A stretch of 64,000 nucleotides of DNA from Deltaproteobacteria bacterium. Lineage in GTDB: Bacteria; Myxococcota_A; Polyangia; Polyangiales; Houyiibacteriaceae. Position 1 is the first letter of the stretch; each line of letters begins with the position of its first letter. Below the pieces are notes generated by a model. The model was given only the letters and a program-made list of their open reading frames with translations, was not told where the DNA came from and made no database searches. Positions 39,347 through 48,935 of the stretch are shown here, one piece after another. Both the position numbers and the translations under genes were made by a program. Where the stretch lies: positions 32,001-96,000 of the forward strand of contig JAXMNT010000001.1 of NCBI GenBank assembly GCA_034670305.1, written 5' to 3'.

Positions 39347-41059
39347 TCAGATTCGGTCGTCGTAGGCGTGGCGGGGGATGGGGCAGTGCAGCAGCGTGAA
39401 CACGTCGCGGTCCTCTGCAAAGGCGGCGGCGAGTTCGGTCTGCAGCTGGGCCAGCGATTCGATCCGAACGCCGACGCCGCCAAAGGCGCGGGCGATGGCG
39501 GCGTAGTCGGTGCCAGCGAAGTCCGGGTCGGTGCCGCCGAAGTCGACACCCAGGTTGGGCAGGTCGCGGGCGCGTTGCTTCTTCTCGATCAGCGCGAGTG
39601 AGCGGTCGTCGAACACGACGATCATCACCGGCAACTTCTCGTCGCGGAACGTGCCGAGCTCGCCGAGCGCCATCTCGAGGCCGCCGTCTCCGATCACCGC
39701 GAGCACCGGCCGTTGTGGCTCGGCGATCTTGGCGCCTGCCGCGAAGCCGAGCGCGCACGCCATGGTGCTCGTGCCGTTGGACTGGACGAGGCGGGCTGGT
39801 TCTCGGAACCGCCACTGCTGGCAGATCAAGATGCGGTGCGCGCCGGTGTCGACGCACACGATGGCTTCGGGTGGGGTGTGTTGCTCGAGCACCGCGATGA
39901 GCCCGGTGGGTTCGAAGGTGTCTGTGGATGGGAACGCGTCGCGCAGCTGCTTGCGTGCGACTTCGGGTCCCTCCGATCCAGAGTGTTCGCCGCCGGACCA
40001 ACCACCGTCGTGTGCGACGCCGTCGAAGAGTTGTCGGACCAGCGTCGCGGGGTCGCCGACCAGGGTCGAGGTCGCGCGGAACATCCCGTGCAACCCGGCG
40101 CCGCGCGCGAGCTCGATGATCGTTGCGTCTTCGGCGAAGGGGTGCCGCCACGCATGTCGAAGCTCGACCGGGTCGAAGCCGACCAAGACCACGACGTCCG
40201 CGTCGCGTACGAGTGGCAAGACGATGGCGTTGGCGCGCGGACTGAGGCCCGCCGCGCCGACGCAGCGCGGATCGTGTTCGTCGACGACGCCCTTGGCTTC
40301 GTAGCTGGTCACGACCGGCAGCGGGCAGCGCGCGTGCACTTCTCTCAACGCTTCGGCGGCGCCCGGTGCGAGCGCGCCGAGCCCGACGAGCAAGAGCGGC
40401 CGCTTCGCGTTCTGAATCGAATGCCGCAGTGCGCTCAACGTGGTGTGGTCTCCGCATCCGGACCGCACGTGTTCCCACAGCGACGCCGAGTGGGGCTCGG
40501 CCGGTTGGTCGGCGACGTCGACCGGCACCTCGATGTGGACGACGCCGGGCACGCCTTCCTTGGCCAGGGCGATCGCCCGTTCGACGACTTCGCCGACGGT
40601 GCCGGCCGCGACGACGAAGCTCGCTTTCACGAGCGGCCGGAGGACCGACACATGGTCGAACACCTGGTGGGTGTAGGTGCCCGCGTCGGCGGCGGCGACG
40701 CAGCCGGTCAGCACCACAAGCGGCTGCCGCGATTGCTGCGCGTGGCTCACCACGTTGACGCAGTTGGCGACGCCGGGCCCGAGGGTCGCGACGAGCACAC
40801 CGAGCGCGTCCCCACCTTCGGCACCTTTCCATCGGTCCGACCGCAGCGCGCCTTCGGCCATGAACCCAGCGCTCGACTCGTGGCGGGCGAGCACGAACCG
40901 CGTCCCGGCCAATCGGAGCGCGTCGATGAGGCTGAGCACCTCGCCGCCCGGCACCCCGAACGCGAAACGGGTCTCGCGCGCCAACCGCTGTGCGATCACA
41001 TCGACCACCCGGATCTCTCGAACCTCACTCGATGACGGCATCGCGTCTCCACTCGTCAC
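39347..41059 (-). CDS. ThDP-dependent enzyme (acetolactate synthase-like)
   Basis: FGVPGG, ARHESSAGFMA, TLGPG, DTGAH, GDGG...FDD ThDP motif. Start may be ATG 41041. Confidence 0.85.
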   Translation of the reverse strand: MTSGDAMPSSSEVREIRVVDVIAQRLARETRFAFGVPGGEVLSLIDALRLAGTRFVLARHESSAGFMAEGALRSDRWKGAEGGDALGVLVATLGPGVANCVNVVSHAQQSRQPLVVLTGCVAAADAGTYTHQVFDHVSVLRPLVKASFVVAAGTVGEVVERAIALAKEGVPGVVHIEVPVDVADQPAEPHSASLWEHVRSGCGDHTTLSALRHSIQNAKRPLLLVGLGALAPGAAEALREVHARCPLPVVTSYEAKGVVDEHDPRCVGAAGLSPRANAIVLPLVRDADVVVLVGFDPVELRHAWRHPFAEDATIIELARGAGLHGMFRATSTLVGDPATLVRQLFDGVAHDGGWSGGEHSGSEGPEVARKQLRDAFPSTDTFEPTGLIAVLEQHTPPEAIVCVDTGAHRILICQQWRFREPARLVQSNGTSTMACALGFAAGAKIAEPQRPVLAVIGDGGLEMALGELGTFRDEKLPVMIVVFDDRSLALIEKKQRARDLPNLGVDFGGTDPDFAGTDYAAIARAFGGVGVRIESLAQLQTELAAAFAEDRDVFTLLHCPIPRHAYDDRI

Positions 41060-42242
41060 GTTGGGCGCGGTCGATGCCGAGCTCGTCCAGGATCTCGTCG
41101 GTGTGCTCGCCCCGCATTGGTGGAGGCCGCCGATAGCGCACCGGGGTCTCGCTCATCTTCAGCGGGTTGCCGAGCAGCCGCACTCCGTCCGGGCTCGCCG
41201 GGTGCGGCATGTCGATCTGCATGCCGCGGTGCTGGGTCTGGGGATCGTCGAACACCCGGTCGAGGGTGTTCACCGGACCGACCGGGACCATCGCCTTCTT
41301 CAGCGCCGAGACCCAGTCGTCGGTGGTTCGGGTTCGCGCGCATGCGGTGAGAAGCTCGACGAGCGCGTCGCGGTGCCGCAGTCGATCCGAGTTGGTTCGG
41401 AAACGTTCGTCCGTCGCGAGCTCGGGCCGCCCCATCGTTTCGCACAAGCGTCCGTACTGCGCGTCGTTGCCGACGGCGATCACCACGTGCCCGTCCGCGG
41501 TCTCGAACACCTGGTAGGGCACGATGTTCGGATGCGCGTTGCCGAAGCGGCGCGGCGCCGAGCCACTCGCCAAAAAGTTCGTCGCCGCGTTGATGAGCCA
41601 GGCGACCTGCGCGTCGTAGAGCGCAAGATCGATGTGTTGTCCCTGGCCGGTTCGGTCGCGGTGTCGAAGCGCCGCGAGCACGCCCACGCTCGCGTACATG
41701 CCGCACATCACGTCCGCGATGCCGACCCCGACTTTGACCGGCTGTCCGTCGGGGTCGCCGGTCAACGACATCACGCCGCCCATCGCCTGCACGAGAAAGT
41801 CGTAGCCAGGTTCGGCGGCGCGCGGACCGGTTTGGCCGAAGCCGCTGATCGAGAGGTACACGAGCTTCGGGTGGTCGGCGCGCAGGTCCTCGTACCCGAG
41901 CCTTCGTTTGGCCAGGTCGCCGACTTTGTAGTTCTCGACCAGCACGTCGGCGCCGGCAGCCAGCCGCCGAACGAGCGCCGCGCCAGCCGGCTTGGTGAAG
42001 TCGATCGCGATCGACCGCTTGTTCCGGTTCGCGCAGAGGTAGTAGGCGCTCTCGGTGGTGTCGGTGCCGTCGGCGTCTTTCACAAAGGGTGGGCCCCAGC
42101 GCCGGGTGTCGTCGCCGTGTCCGGGCCGTTCGACTTTGATGACTTCCGCGCCCAGGTCGCCCAGCAACTGGGTGCAGGTGGGGCCCGCCAGGATGCGGCT
42201 CAGGTCGAGCACGCGGATGCCTTCCAGCGCGCCGGCCATCAT
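41025..42242 (-). CDS. CaiB/BaiF family III CoA-transferase
   Basis: LEGIRVLDLSRILAGP, LGDLGAEVIKVE, GDDTRRWGPPF, NRNKRS, DVLVENY, SISGFGQTGP, GYDFLVQAMGG, catalytic-Asp region GIADVMCG. Confidence 0.93.
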   Translation of the reverse strand: MMAGALEGIRVLDLSRILAGPTCTQLLGDLGAEVIKVERPGHGDDTRRWGPPFVKDADGTDTTESAYYLCANRNKRSIAIDFTKPAGAALVRRLAAGADVLVENYKVGDLAKRRLGYEDLRADHPKLVYLSISGFGQTGPRAAEPGYDFLVQAMGGVMSLTGDPDGQPVKVGVGIADVMCGMYASVGVLAALRHRDRTGQGQHIDLALYDAQVAWLINAATNFLASGSAPRRFGNAHPNIVPYQVFETADGHVVIAVGNDAQYGRLCETMGRPELATDERFRTNSDRLRHRDALVELLTACARTRTTDDWVSALKKAMVPVGPVNTLDRVFDDPQTQHRGMQIDMPHPASPDGVRLLGNPLKMSETPVRYRRPPPMRGEHTDEILDELGIDRAQRDEWRRDAVIE

Positions 42243-42250
42243 GCCGGCGG

Positions 42251-43414
42251 TCACGGAATCGCGCGGCGCGCGCGGACTTCGTTCTTCCACCGCTTGGCGC
42301 GGTGCCACCCCAGACCGACGAGGGTGGTCACGACCACCACCGCGGCCGCCGCGAGAAGCGCCTCCGTCAACGGGAGGGTGCGCCCGACCACCGAGGCCAA
42401 CCCGAGACCGGCGCCGTAGAGCACCATCAAGTGGAACCAGTAGAGCATCAGGCTCTCGCCCGCGAGGGTCTGCAGCCACCGGGGCAAGCTGCGCAGCCGG
42501 GTGCCGATGAGCGAGAGCACCACCACCACGCCCACCACCGCGGCGAGCTTGAGGATCGCGAAGTGCGGCACCGAATGCGACGTGGTCGCGTCGGTCACGA
42601 AGGTCCACGGCGAGGCTTTGGCGATCGCATGCGCGCCGAAGAGGAGCACTGCCAACCCGAGCAGCCGCGGCACCGGCACCCAGGGGTCGGTCTTGGCGCC
42701 CTGAGGTGCGACGAGGAACGTGAGCGACACGCCCGCCATCACGAAGCCGCTCCAGGGGAAGAGTGGGAAGAGCGAGCCGCCGCGGTGCGTGAGGTAGTTC
42801 GCCAGCGGGCGGCCCCAGTGGTCGTAGGGCACTGCGTCGGCCAGCGGCGCCATCGCGATGAACACGACCGCGAGCACACCCGCGCCGATCACGACGGTGC
42901 GGGCCTTCTTCGCGAACATCGCCATCAGCTGCACGATGCCGATGGACACGCCGATGCACTGAAGCACGTCGGCCATCATGAACATGTCGAGCGACGCCTG
43001 CGCGCGGGCCGGATCCGAGCTCAACGCTTCCGCCGGAAAGTGCATCGTGTAGCCGAGGAAGATCAGCCAGCCGATGCGGCGCCAGCGGGCAGCCGCCCGA
43101 CCGGGCTTGCTCTTGAACCGCTCCAGATCGACGAGCGTCGAGAGCGTGAACGCGATGCCCGCAGCGAACAGAAACCCGACGCTCACCAGGCCCCGTTGCC
43201 AGGACCACGCCTCGAAGATCGGACCGCTCCGCAGGTCCTGCGCGAGCAGCGCATCCAGGGTGTGCCCATGCATCATCTGGAACGCTGCGAGCAACCGCAG
43301 CAGGTCTACGAACATCAGGCGCTGCGACGTCGCCCGCACGGTGGCGTCCGCGCGCGATTTGGACGCGGCTGGGTCGGCTGCGTGAAGCGCGCCGATCGGG
43401 GCTACCTGAGACAT
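42251..43414 (-). CDS. DUF1624 / heparan-alpha-glucosaminide N-acetyltransferase-like membrane protein
   Basis: RLMFVDLLR...MMHGH, FLFAAG, DVLQCIG, SLFPLFPWSGF, ESLMLYWFH; multiple TM helices. Confidence 0.78.
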   Translation of the reverse strand: MSQVAPIGALHAADPAASKSRADATVRATSQRLMFVDLLRLLAAFQMMHGHTLDALLAQDLRSGPIFEAWSWQRGLVSVGFLFAAGIAFTLSTLVDLERFKSKPGRAAARWRRIGWLIFLGYTMHFPAEALSSDPARAQASLDMFMMADVLQCIGVSIGIVQLMAMFAKKARTVVIGAGVLAVVFIAMAPLADAVPYDHWGRPLANYLTHRGGSLFPLFPWSGFVMAGVSLTFLVAPQGAKTDPWVPVPRLLGLAVLLFGAHAIAKASPWTFVTDATTSHSVPHFAILKLAAVVGVVVVLSLIGTRLRSLPRWLQTLAGESLMLYWFHLMVLYGAGLGLASVVGRTLPLTEALLAAAAVVVVTTLVGLGWHRAKRWKNEVRARRAIP

Positions 43415-43439
43415 GGCGCCGCCGGTTTAGCAGCCAGGC

Positions 43440-43590
43440 AGGGCGGACGCAGCCCGGCGGGGTTCGGGGGGGTCGGTGTGGCGGGGATGCGGTGCATAGA
43501 GGGGGAAGCTGGAACCAAGCCCCGTCTTCGTAGACGCAGCGCCCCCAGCCGATCACCCGGTCTCAGGTCCTCCCCGGCCGGCGGCCTCCC
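43440..43590 (-). ncRNA. Candidate structured RNA (long irregular hairpin), family unassigned
   Basis: Nested complementary segments by eye (CCGG-CGGGG/CCCCG-CCGG, TCGG/CCGA, GGGG/CCCC, TGCGT/ATGCA, GGGG/CCCC, TTGG/CCAG); G-U pairs favour the minus strand. Confidence 0.3.
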
Positions 43591-43607
43591 GACGGCCCCG
43601 GCCCGTC

Positions 43608-45254
43608 TCAGATCATGATGCCGAGCAGGTCCATCATCACCGTCTCCATCGGGGTCTCCATGACCGGCGGTTCGACCATCTCGGGCTCCATGACGGTCTC
43701 CATCGGAGTCTCCAGCATGGGCGTCTCCATCATGGTGGGTGTCATGTGGGTGCTGACGTGGTTGGTTCGCATCTCGGCGCGGGTCATTCGGCTCGGCGCC
43801 ATCACGGTGCTGACGTCTTGGGTGCCCTCGCCACGATCCAAGGTGATCCGGACGCTGCCCGCGTAGATCAGGGTCAGGTCCTGGATCTTCGTCTGGTAGC
43901 CCTCGGCGCGCGCTTCGAGTCGACGGGGCTCGCGCTGGCGTGGCAGCGCGCCGTCGAACGGGTTTGGCATTCGGTCGCCATCGAGGAAGAGGATCGCGTT
44001 GGGAGGCACGGTGCTGATCTGGATGCGTACGGTCTCCACCGGCGCCTCCATCGTGGTCGTCTCCATCGCGGTGCCGGTCCCGGTCTCGGGGTCGGTCCCG
44101 GTTTCGGTCGCGACGACGGGGTCCGCGGTGTTGCTGAACGCACCCGTCGCAAACGCGACCGCGAGGCCACCGCCCGCGACGACCAAGAGCCCCGCGACGA
44201 GAATCAGCGGCAGCTTGCTTGTCGTCGGAACCTCGAAGGGTCCGGATGGATAAGGGGTGTGGGCGGCTTGCTGGCTGGCGTCCGGGGCGGCGACGGCCGA
44301 GGCCTTGGCGGCCTCGAGCATCGACGACTTCATCGACGCGGTGCTCGGCGCGTCGGAGACGACCACCGGCGCGTCCTCCACTTGGGCGAAGGGCAGCAGG
44401 TCCGCCTTCACCTCGGCGCAGCTCGCGTGCCGGTCCTCGCGGTCCTTCGAGAGCATCCGGTTGACCAACGTCTCGATGGCCTCCGGGATGTCCGGCCGGT
44501 AGGTGCGGAGCGACGGCGGCGGCTCGGTGCAAATCTTGAGGACGAGCATCGGGTACGACTCGTCGTCGAACGGGTACTGGCCGGTGAGCGCCTGAAAGAG
44601 AATGACGCCGAGGCTGTAGATGTCGGCGCGGTTGTCGACGTCCTTGCGGCCCTGCGCTTGCTCCGGCGACATGTAGTAGGGCGTGCCGAGCGTGGTGCCC
44701 GTCTGAGTCATACCGCTGCCCGGTCCGGTGTCCTTCACCTTCGAGATGCCGAAGTCGAGGACCTTCACGAAGTCCTCGTTTCCGCCACGTTCGATCAGGA
44801 AGATGTTCTCGGGCTTCATGTCGCGGTGCACGATGCCGAGCGCGTGCGCGGCGTCGAGCGCGTCGCAGACCTGCAACATGATCTGTACGACCTTGCCCAG
44901 CGGCTGTGCGCCGTGGTTGTCGATGTCGTCGGACCAGTCGCGGCCTTTGAGGAACTCGAGGACGATGAAGAGCGTTCCATCCGGGAACTGCCCCATGTCC
45001 GTGACTTCGATGATGTTCTGGTGGCCGATGCTCGTGGCGGCCAAGGCTTCGCGGCGGAAGCGCGCCACGATCTCCGGATTGGTCGCGAACTGAGCGTGCA
45101 GGCACTTGATGGCGACGCGGCGTTTGATGAGGACGTGCATGCCCTCGTAGACGGCACCCATCCCGCCTTCGCCGAGCTTGCCGACGATCTCGTACTTGTC
45201 CTGAAGAACCATCCCAATCTTGGGATCTTCGGGCTGCGCCAACGCCTCACTCAT
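43608..45254 (-). CDS. Membrane Ser/Thr protein kinase with PEGA-like domain and Met-rich tail
   Basis: LGEGGMGAVY, VAIK, HRDMKPEN, DFGISK, GTPYYMSPEQ, DIYSLG; TM helix; STVPPNAILFLDG. Confidence 0.93.
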   Translation of the reverse strand: MSEALAQPEDPKIGMVLQDKYEIVGKLGEGGMGAVYEGMHVLIKRRVAIKCLHAQFATNPEIVARFRREALAATSIGHQNIIEVTDMGQFPDGTLFIVLEFLKGRDWSDDIDNHGAQPLGKVVQIMLQVCDALDAAHALGIVHRDMKPENIFLIERGGNEDFVKVLDFGISKVKDTGPGSGMTQTGTTLGTPYYMSPEQAQGRKDVDNRADIYSLGVILFQALTGQYPFDDESYPMLVLKICTEPPPSLRTYRPDIPEAIETLVNRMLSKDREDRHASCAEVKADLLPFAQVEDAPVVVSDAPSTASMKSSMLEAAKASAVAAPDASQQAAHTPYPSGPFEVPTTSKLPLILVAGLLVVAGGGLAVAFATGAFSNTADPVVATETGTDPETGTGTAMETTTMEAPVETVRIQISTVPPNAILFLDGDRMPNPFDGALPRQREPRRLEARAEGYQTKIQDLTLIYAGSVRITLDRGEGTQDVSTVMAPSRMTRAEMRTNHVSTHMTPTMMETPMLETPMETVMEPEMVEPPVMETPMETVMMDLLGIMI

Positions 45255-45357
45255 CGAAGGCGGCACTATATCACCCGCGTGTGGCCCGTGGGGACCAACT
45301 CACACTGGTACGAATTGTCGCCCACGACTCACATTCCCCTGGTTGTTGTCCCACAAC

Positions 45358-45388
45358 GAGAAAGACCGCACCCGAGGGCGCGGCCTTT
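45358..45388 (-). terminator. Intrinsic terminator of the 45433 gene
   Basis: Minus strand AAAGGCCGCGCCC-TC-GGGTGCGGTCTTT-CTC. Confidence 0.6.
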
Positions 45389-45432
45389 GCTCTGACGAGA
45401 AACGTGTGTCCCTCGGTTGGGTCAGCTGAGGT

Positions 45433-46077
45433 TCAGCTGCCCGCGAGGTTCGACGGGTTGACCGAGCCGAGCTCGGTGAAGCCGAGCGTGTACGCGGCGT
45501 TCTCACCCTGCTGGTAGCTGCCGATCCAGATCTTGTAGGTGCCGGGGGCCATCGGGCCTTCGACGAGGGGGTTCATCGCTTCGAAGTCGTCGTTGCAGAG
45601 GTAGCTGCCGTCCGGCTTCTGTACCACGAGGGTGATGTCGGAGGCCGAGTGGGCCATGACGCGAAGGTTGGCGAAGGCGCCCGAGGCCACGAAGAGGTGG
45701 TCCGGGGTTCCGGCGATCCAGCCCGTGCAGGCGGGGTTGACGGTGGCGGCGTTGGTGCTGCCGCCGCTCGTGCCGGTGGCGGTGTGCGGGTCCGGCATGA
45801 AGCCAGGGTTGAGGGTGACGGTTCCGAAGTTGGAACCACCGGCTGCGGCGGCGACGCCTGCACCGGCTGCGGCGGCCTGGGCTGCGGCGGCTGCTTGCGC
45901 GGCCTGTGCTGCGGCACCAGCGGCTGCGGCCTGCCCCTGCTGTCCCTGTGCGGCGGCCTGCTGCAGCTGCTGCTGAAGCTGGGCGCCTAGCGCGTTGGCT
46001 TGCTCGTTTGCGGCTTCTTCGTTGCCACCGCAGGCAACGAGGCCCAAGGCGAGGGCGATCGTGACGACTTGCTTCAT
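45433..46077 (-). CDS. Lipoprotein with Ala/Gln linker and PPC-like beta-sandwich domain
   Basis: MKQVVTIALALGLVAC; LNPGFMPDP, CTGWIAGTPD, DITLVVQKPDGSYLCNDD, GTYKIWIGSY. Confidence 0.8.
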   Translation of the reverse strand: MKQVVTIALALGLVACGGNEEAANEQANALGAQLQQQLQQAAAQGQQGQAAAAGAAAQAAQAAAAAQAAAAGAGVAAAAGGSNFGTVTLNPGFMPDPHTATGTSGGSTNAATVNPACTGWIAGTPDHLFVASGAFANLRVMAHSASDITLVVQKPDGSYLCNDDFEAMNPLVEGPMAPGTYKIWIGSYQQGENAAYTLGFTELGSVNPSNLAGS

Positions 46078-46356
46078 GCTCCCTGAACTCCTTGATTGTC
46101 GACCCGATTCGGGTCGTCCTTCGGCGGATTCGATCCACCCCCCCAGCCGCGGCCGGGTGCCGGGGCATACCACAGATCGGCCAGAGGGATCCAAGGGACC
46201 CACGTGGGACGAGCAGAGCCGTGGTTGCGAGGGGGCGGTCTTTCCAGCTATGGCCCGACCCTACGCCCACCGACTCGAGAACTTCCCCGGCCCCGGTCGA
46301 ACCGGCGCGGGGTCGTGAGACTTCACAGCCCGTCGGGCGTTCGGGAACCCCGCCTC

Positions 46357-46902
46357 ATGTCTGCTGCACACCCCTCCTTCTTCGCCCGCATCGGGTTGGC
46401 CTTCCGTGTCCTCTTCAGTGGTGAAGCCGCCGCCCGGGTGGTTTCCAGGCCTGCACTGCCGGCCCCGGCGCCCGAGCGCGCGCCCACGCCGGTCCCGCCT
46501 CCGCCCGTGGTGGAGCGGGCGCCGAGCGATGCCGCGCTCCAACTGCTCGCGATGTTTCAGCGCGAGGGGCGCTTCGTCGACTTCCTGGAGGAGGACGTGA
46601 GCGCGTACAGCGACGGGGACATCGGCGCCGCGGCGCGGAAGGTCCACGAAGGGTGCCGAAAGGCGCTGCGGGAACACATCGAACTCGAGCCGGTGCACAC
46701 GCAAGAAGAAGGCGAATCGGTCACCGTGGAAGCGGGGTTCGATCCGTCGGAGATCCGGCTCACCGGCAACGTGTCGGGCGAAGCGCCGTTCAAGGGTGAG
46801 CTCGCGCACCGAGGCTGGAAAGTCGTGCGGTGTGAACTGCCGAAGCTCTCGAACGACCACGACGTGCACATTCTCGCGCCCGCGGAGGTCGAACTCGCAT
46901 GA
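46357..46902 (+). CDS. DUF2760 domain protein
   Basis: AALQLLAMFQREGRFVDFLEED, DIGAAARKVHEGCRK, IRLTGNV, HRGW, APAEVE; ATGA overlap with Hsp70. Confidence 0.82.
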   Translation: MSAAHPSFFARIGLAFRVLFSGEAAARVVSRPALPAPAPERAPTPVPPPPVVERAPSDAALQLLAMFQREGRFVDFLEEDVSAYSDGDIGAAARKVHEGCRKALREHIELEPVHTQEEGESVTVEAGFDPSEIRLTGNVSGEAPFKGELAHRGWKVVRCELPKLSNDHDVHILAPAEVELA

Positions 46903-48710
46903 GCGCGTCGTACGCGATCGGCATCGACCTCGGCACGACGCACTGCGCGCTGGCGTACATCGATCTCGACTTGAGCGAAGGTGAGTCGCTCGCGCACCAC
47001 ACGCTCGACATCCCGCAGGTGGTCAGTCCGGGCGAGGTCGAAGACAAGTCGCTGCTGCCCTCGTTCGTCTACCTGCCGCATCCGGACGAGTTGTCTGCCG
47101 GCGCCGGCGCGCTGCCGTGGAACCCGACACCCGCCGCCATCGTGGGCACGCTTGCGCGGCGACTGGGTGGCAAGACGCCCGGCCGATGTGTGTCGAGCGC
47201 CAAGAGCTGGCTCTCTCACAGCGGCGTCGACCGGACCGGTGCGATCCTTCCGGTGGATGCGCCCGACGACACGCGGCGCATCTCGCCGGTGGAGGCGAGC
47301 ACCCAGTACCTCAAACATCTGCGCGAGGCGTGGGAACACAAACACCCGGACGCACCGCTCGCGGAGCAGCGCGTCGTTCTCACCGTGCCGGCATCTTTCG
47401 ATCCGTCGGCGCGTGAGTTCACGTTGGAGGCCGCGCGCGCGGCCGGGTTCGGGGAGCCGGTGTTGCTCGAAGAACCACAGGCTGCGCTCTACGCCTGGAT
47501 CGCCAACACCTTCGGCAGCGACGAAGGGTGGCGCGACCAACTGAAGCTCGGCGACGTGCTTCTGGTGGTCGACGTCGGCGGCGGCACCGTGGACTTCTCC
47601 GTCATCTCGGTCGGAGAGAAGGACGGCGGACTCTGGCTCGAGCGCGTCGCGGTGGGCGAGCACATCTTGCTCGGCGGCGACAACATGGACCTCGCGCTGG
47701 CACACACCGTCAAGGCGGCACTCGAAGCCACGGGCAAGACGATCGACGACTGGCAGTTGCGCGGCCTCGTGCACGGGTGCCGCGACGCCAAAGAGCAACT
47801 GCTCGCAGGGGAGTCCACGTCGGTTCCGCTGGTCGTGCCGAGCCGCGGATCGAAGTTGATCGGCGGGTCGTTGCGGGCGGAACTCACCCTGGAACAAGTC
47901 ACACGCGTCGTGCTCGAAGGGTTCTTCCCCAAGGTGCCGGTGGACGCTGCGCCGGCCACCACGCCGCGAAGCGCACTCACCGCGCTCGGGCTGCCGTACG
48001 CGCGCGACGCGGCCGTCACGCGCCATCTGGCCGCCTTCCTCCGGCGTCAGTCGGGCGCACTCGAATCGGAGGAGGGCACGTTCCTCTGGCCGACCGCGGT
48101 CCTCTTCAACGGCGGCGTGCTCAAGGCGAAGGCGATCTCGGAGCGGTTGCTCGACACGATCGGTGCGTGGCTCTCCGCCGACGGCGCGCCACCGGCCCGC
48201 GTGCTCGGTGGGGCCGACCTCGACCGCGCGGTGGCTCGCGGCGCTGGCTACTACGCGTACGCCCGCATGACCGACGGAGTCCGAATCCGTGGCGGCTTGG
48301 CCCACGCCTACTACGTCGGGGTCGAGAGTTCCGCGCCCGCGGTCCCCGGCCTCGAGCCTCCGATTCAGGCGCTGTGCGTCGCGCCCTTCGGGCTCGAAGA
48401 AGGCGACCTCGCCGAGCTGCCACCGCAAGAGCTCGGCCTCGTGGTCGGAGAGCCGGTTCGGTTCCGCTTCTTCACCTCGTCGGTGCGGCGCGACGACCGG
48501 CCTGGGCAGATGTTGTCCCGCTGGAGCGAAGACGAGCTGTCCGAGCTCGGGCAGATCGAAGCCACCCTCCCGACCGAAGGCCGCGCACCCTCCGAGGTCG
48601 TACCGGTGCGGCTGCGCGCGCGGGTGACCGAACTCGGCGTCTTCCGCCTCGAAGCGGTCCCGCGCGACGGCGGCCACGTCTGGAACGTGGAGTTGGACGC
48701 GCGGCAGTAG
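46899..48710 (+). CDS. Atypical Hsp70-family protein
   Basis: IGIDLGTT, VLTVPASF, LEEPQAA, VDVGGGTVD, LGGDNMD, LFNGG, AVARGA; divergent C-terminus. Confidence 0.9.
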   Translation: MSASYAIGIDLGTTHCALAYIDLDLSEGESLAHHTLDIPQVVSPGEVEDKSLLPSFVYLPHPDELSAGAGALPWNPTPAAIVGTLARRLGGKTPGRCVSSAKSWLSHSGVDRTGAILPVDAPDDTRRISPVEASTQYLKHLREAWEHKHPDAPLAEQRVVLTVPASFDPSAREFTLEAARAAGFGEPVLLEEPQAALYAWIANTFGSDEGWRDQLKLGDVLLVVDVGGGTVDFSVISVGEKDGGLWLERVAVGEHILLGGDNMDLALAHTVKAALEATGKTIDDWQLRGLVHGCRDAKEQLLAGESTSVPLVVPSRGSKLIGGSLRAELTLEQVTRVVLEGFFPKVPVDAAPATTPRSALTALGLPYARDAAVTRHLAAFLRRQSGALESEEGTFLWPTAVLFNGGVLKAKAISERLLDTIGAWLSADGAPPARVLGGADLDRAVARGAGYYAYARMTDGVRIRGGLAHAYYVGVESSAPAVPGLEPPIQALCVAPFGLEEGDLAELPPQELGLVVGEPVRFRFFTSSVRRDDRPGQMLSRWSEDELSELGQIEATLPTEGRAPSEVVPVRLRARVTELGVFRLEAVPRDGGHVWNVELDARQ

Positions 48711-48935
48711 CGAACTGTGCGCGGTTCGCTGGGCGTTCTCGCAGCCTGTCCCTCGCCCCTGCCCTTGCCCGCGGATCAGCGGTCAGATCGCTTGATCAGC
48801 GCGACCTTCGTCCGCCGGGCATCCGGCTCCGATTCACGGCCTCGCCGTCGCGAAACACACGGCGTCCACGACGCGGGCAAGGGCACGGGCAAGGGCAACG
48901 GCAAGGGAGCAGGTCGCTTTTCAGCGACCTGCTAG
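48708..48935 (-). mobile_element. Short copy of a MITE-like repeat (related to 63180-63684)
   Basis: About 115 bp near-identical in reverse complement to 63180-63300, plus about 75 bp matching 63571-63657; the end CTAG overlaps a TAG stop. Confidence 0.72.

Noticed and set aside
42255-43556. 843-aa version of the CoA-transferase
   Set aside because: The extension overlaps the DUF1624 gene in another frame; family motifs begin at 42242.
43560-43590. SRP (4.5S) RNA because of TCAGGTCC
   Set aside because: The following GGAAGGAAGCAGC motif is absent.
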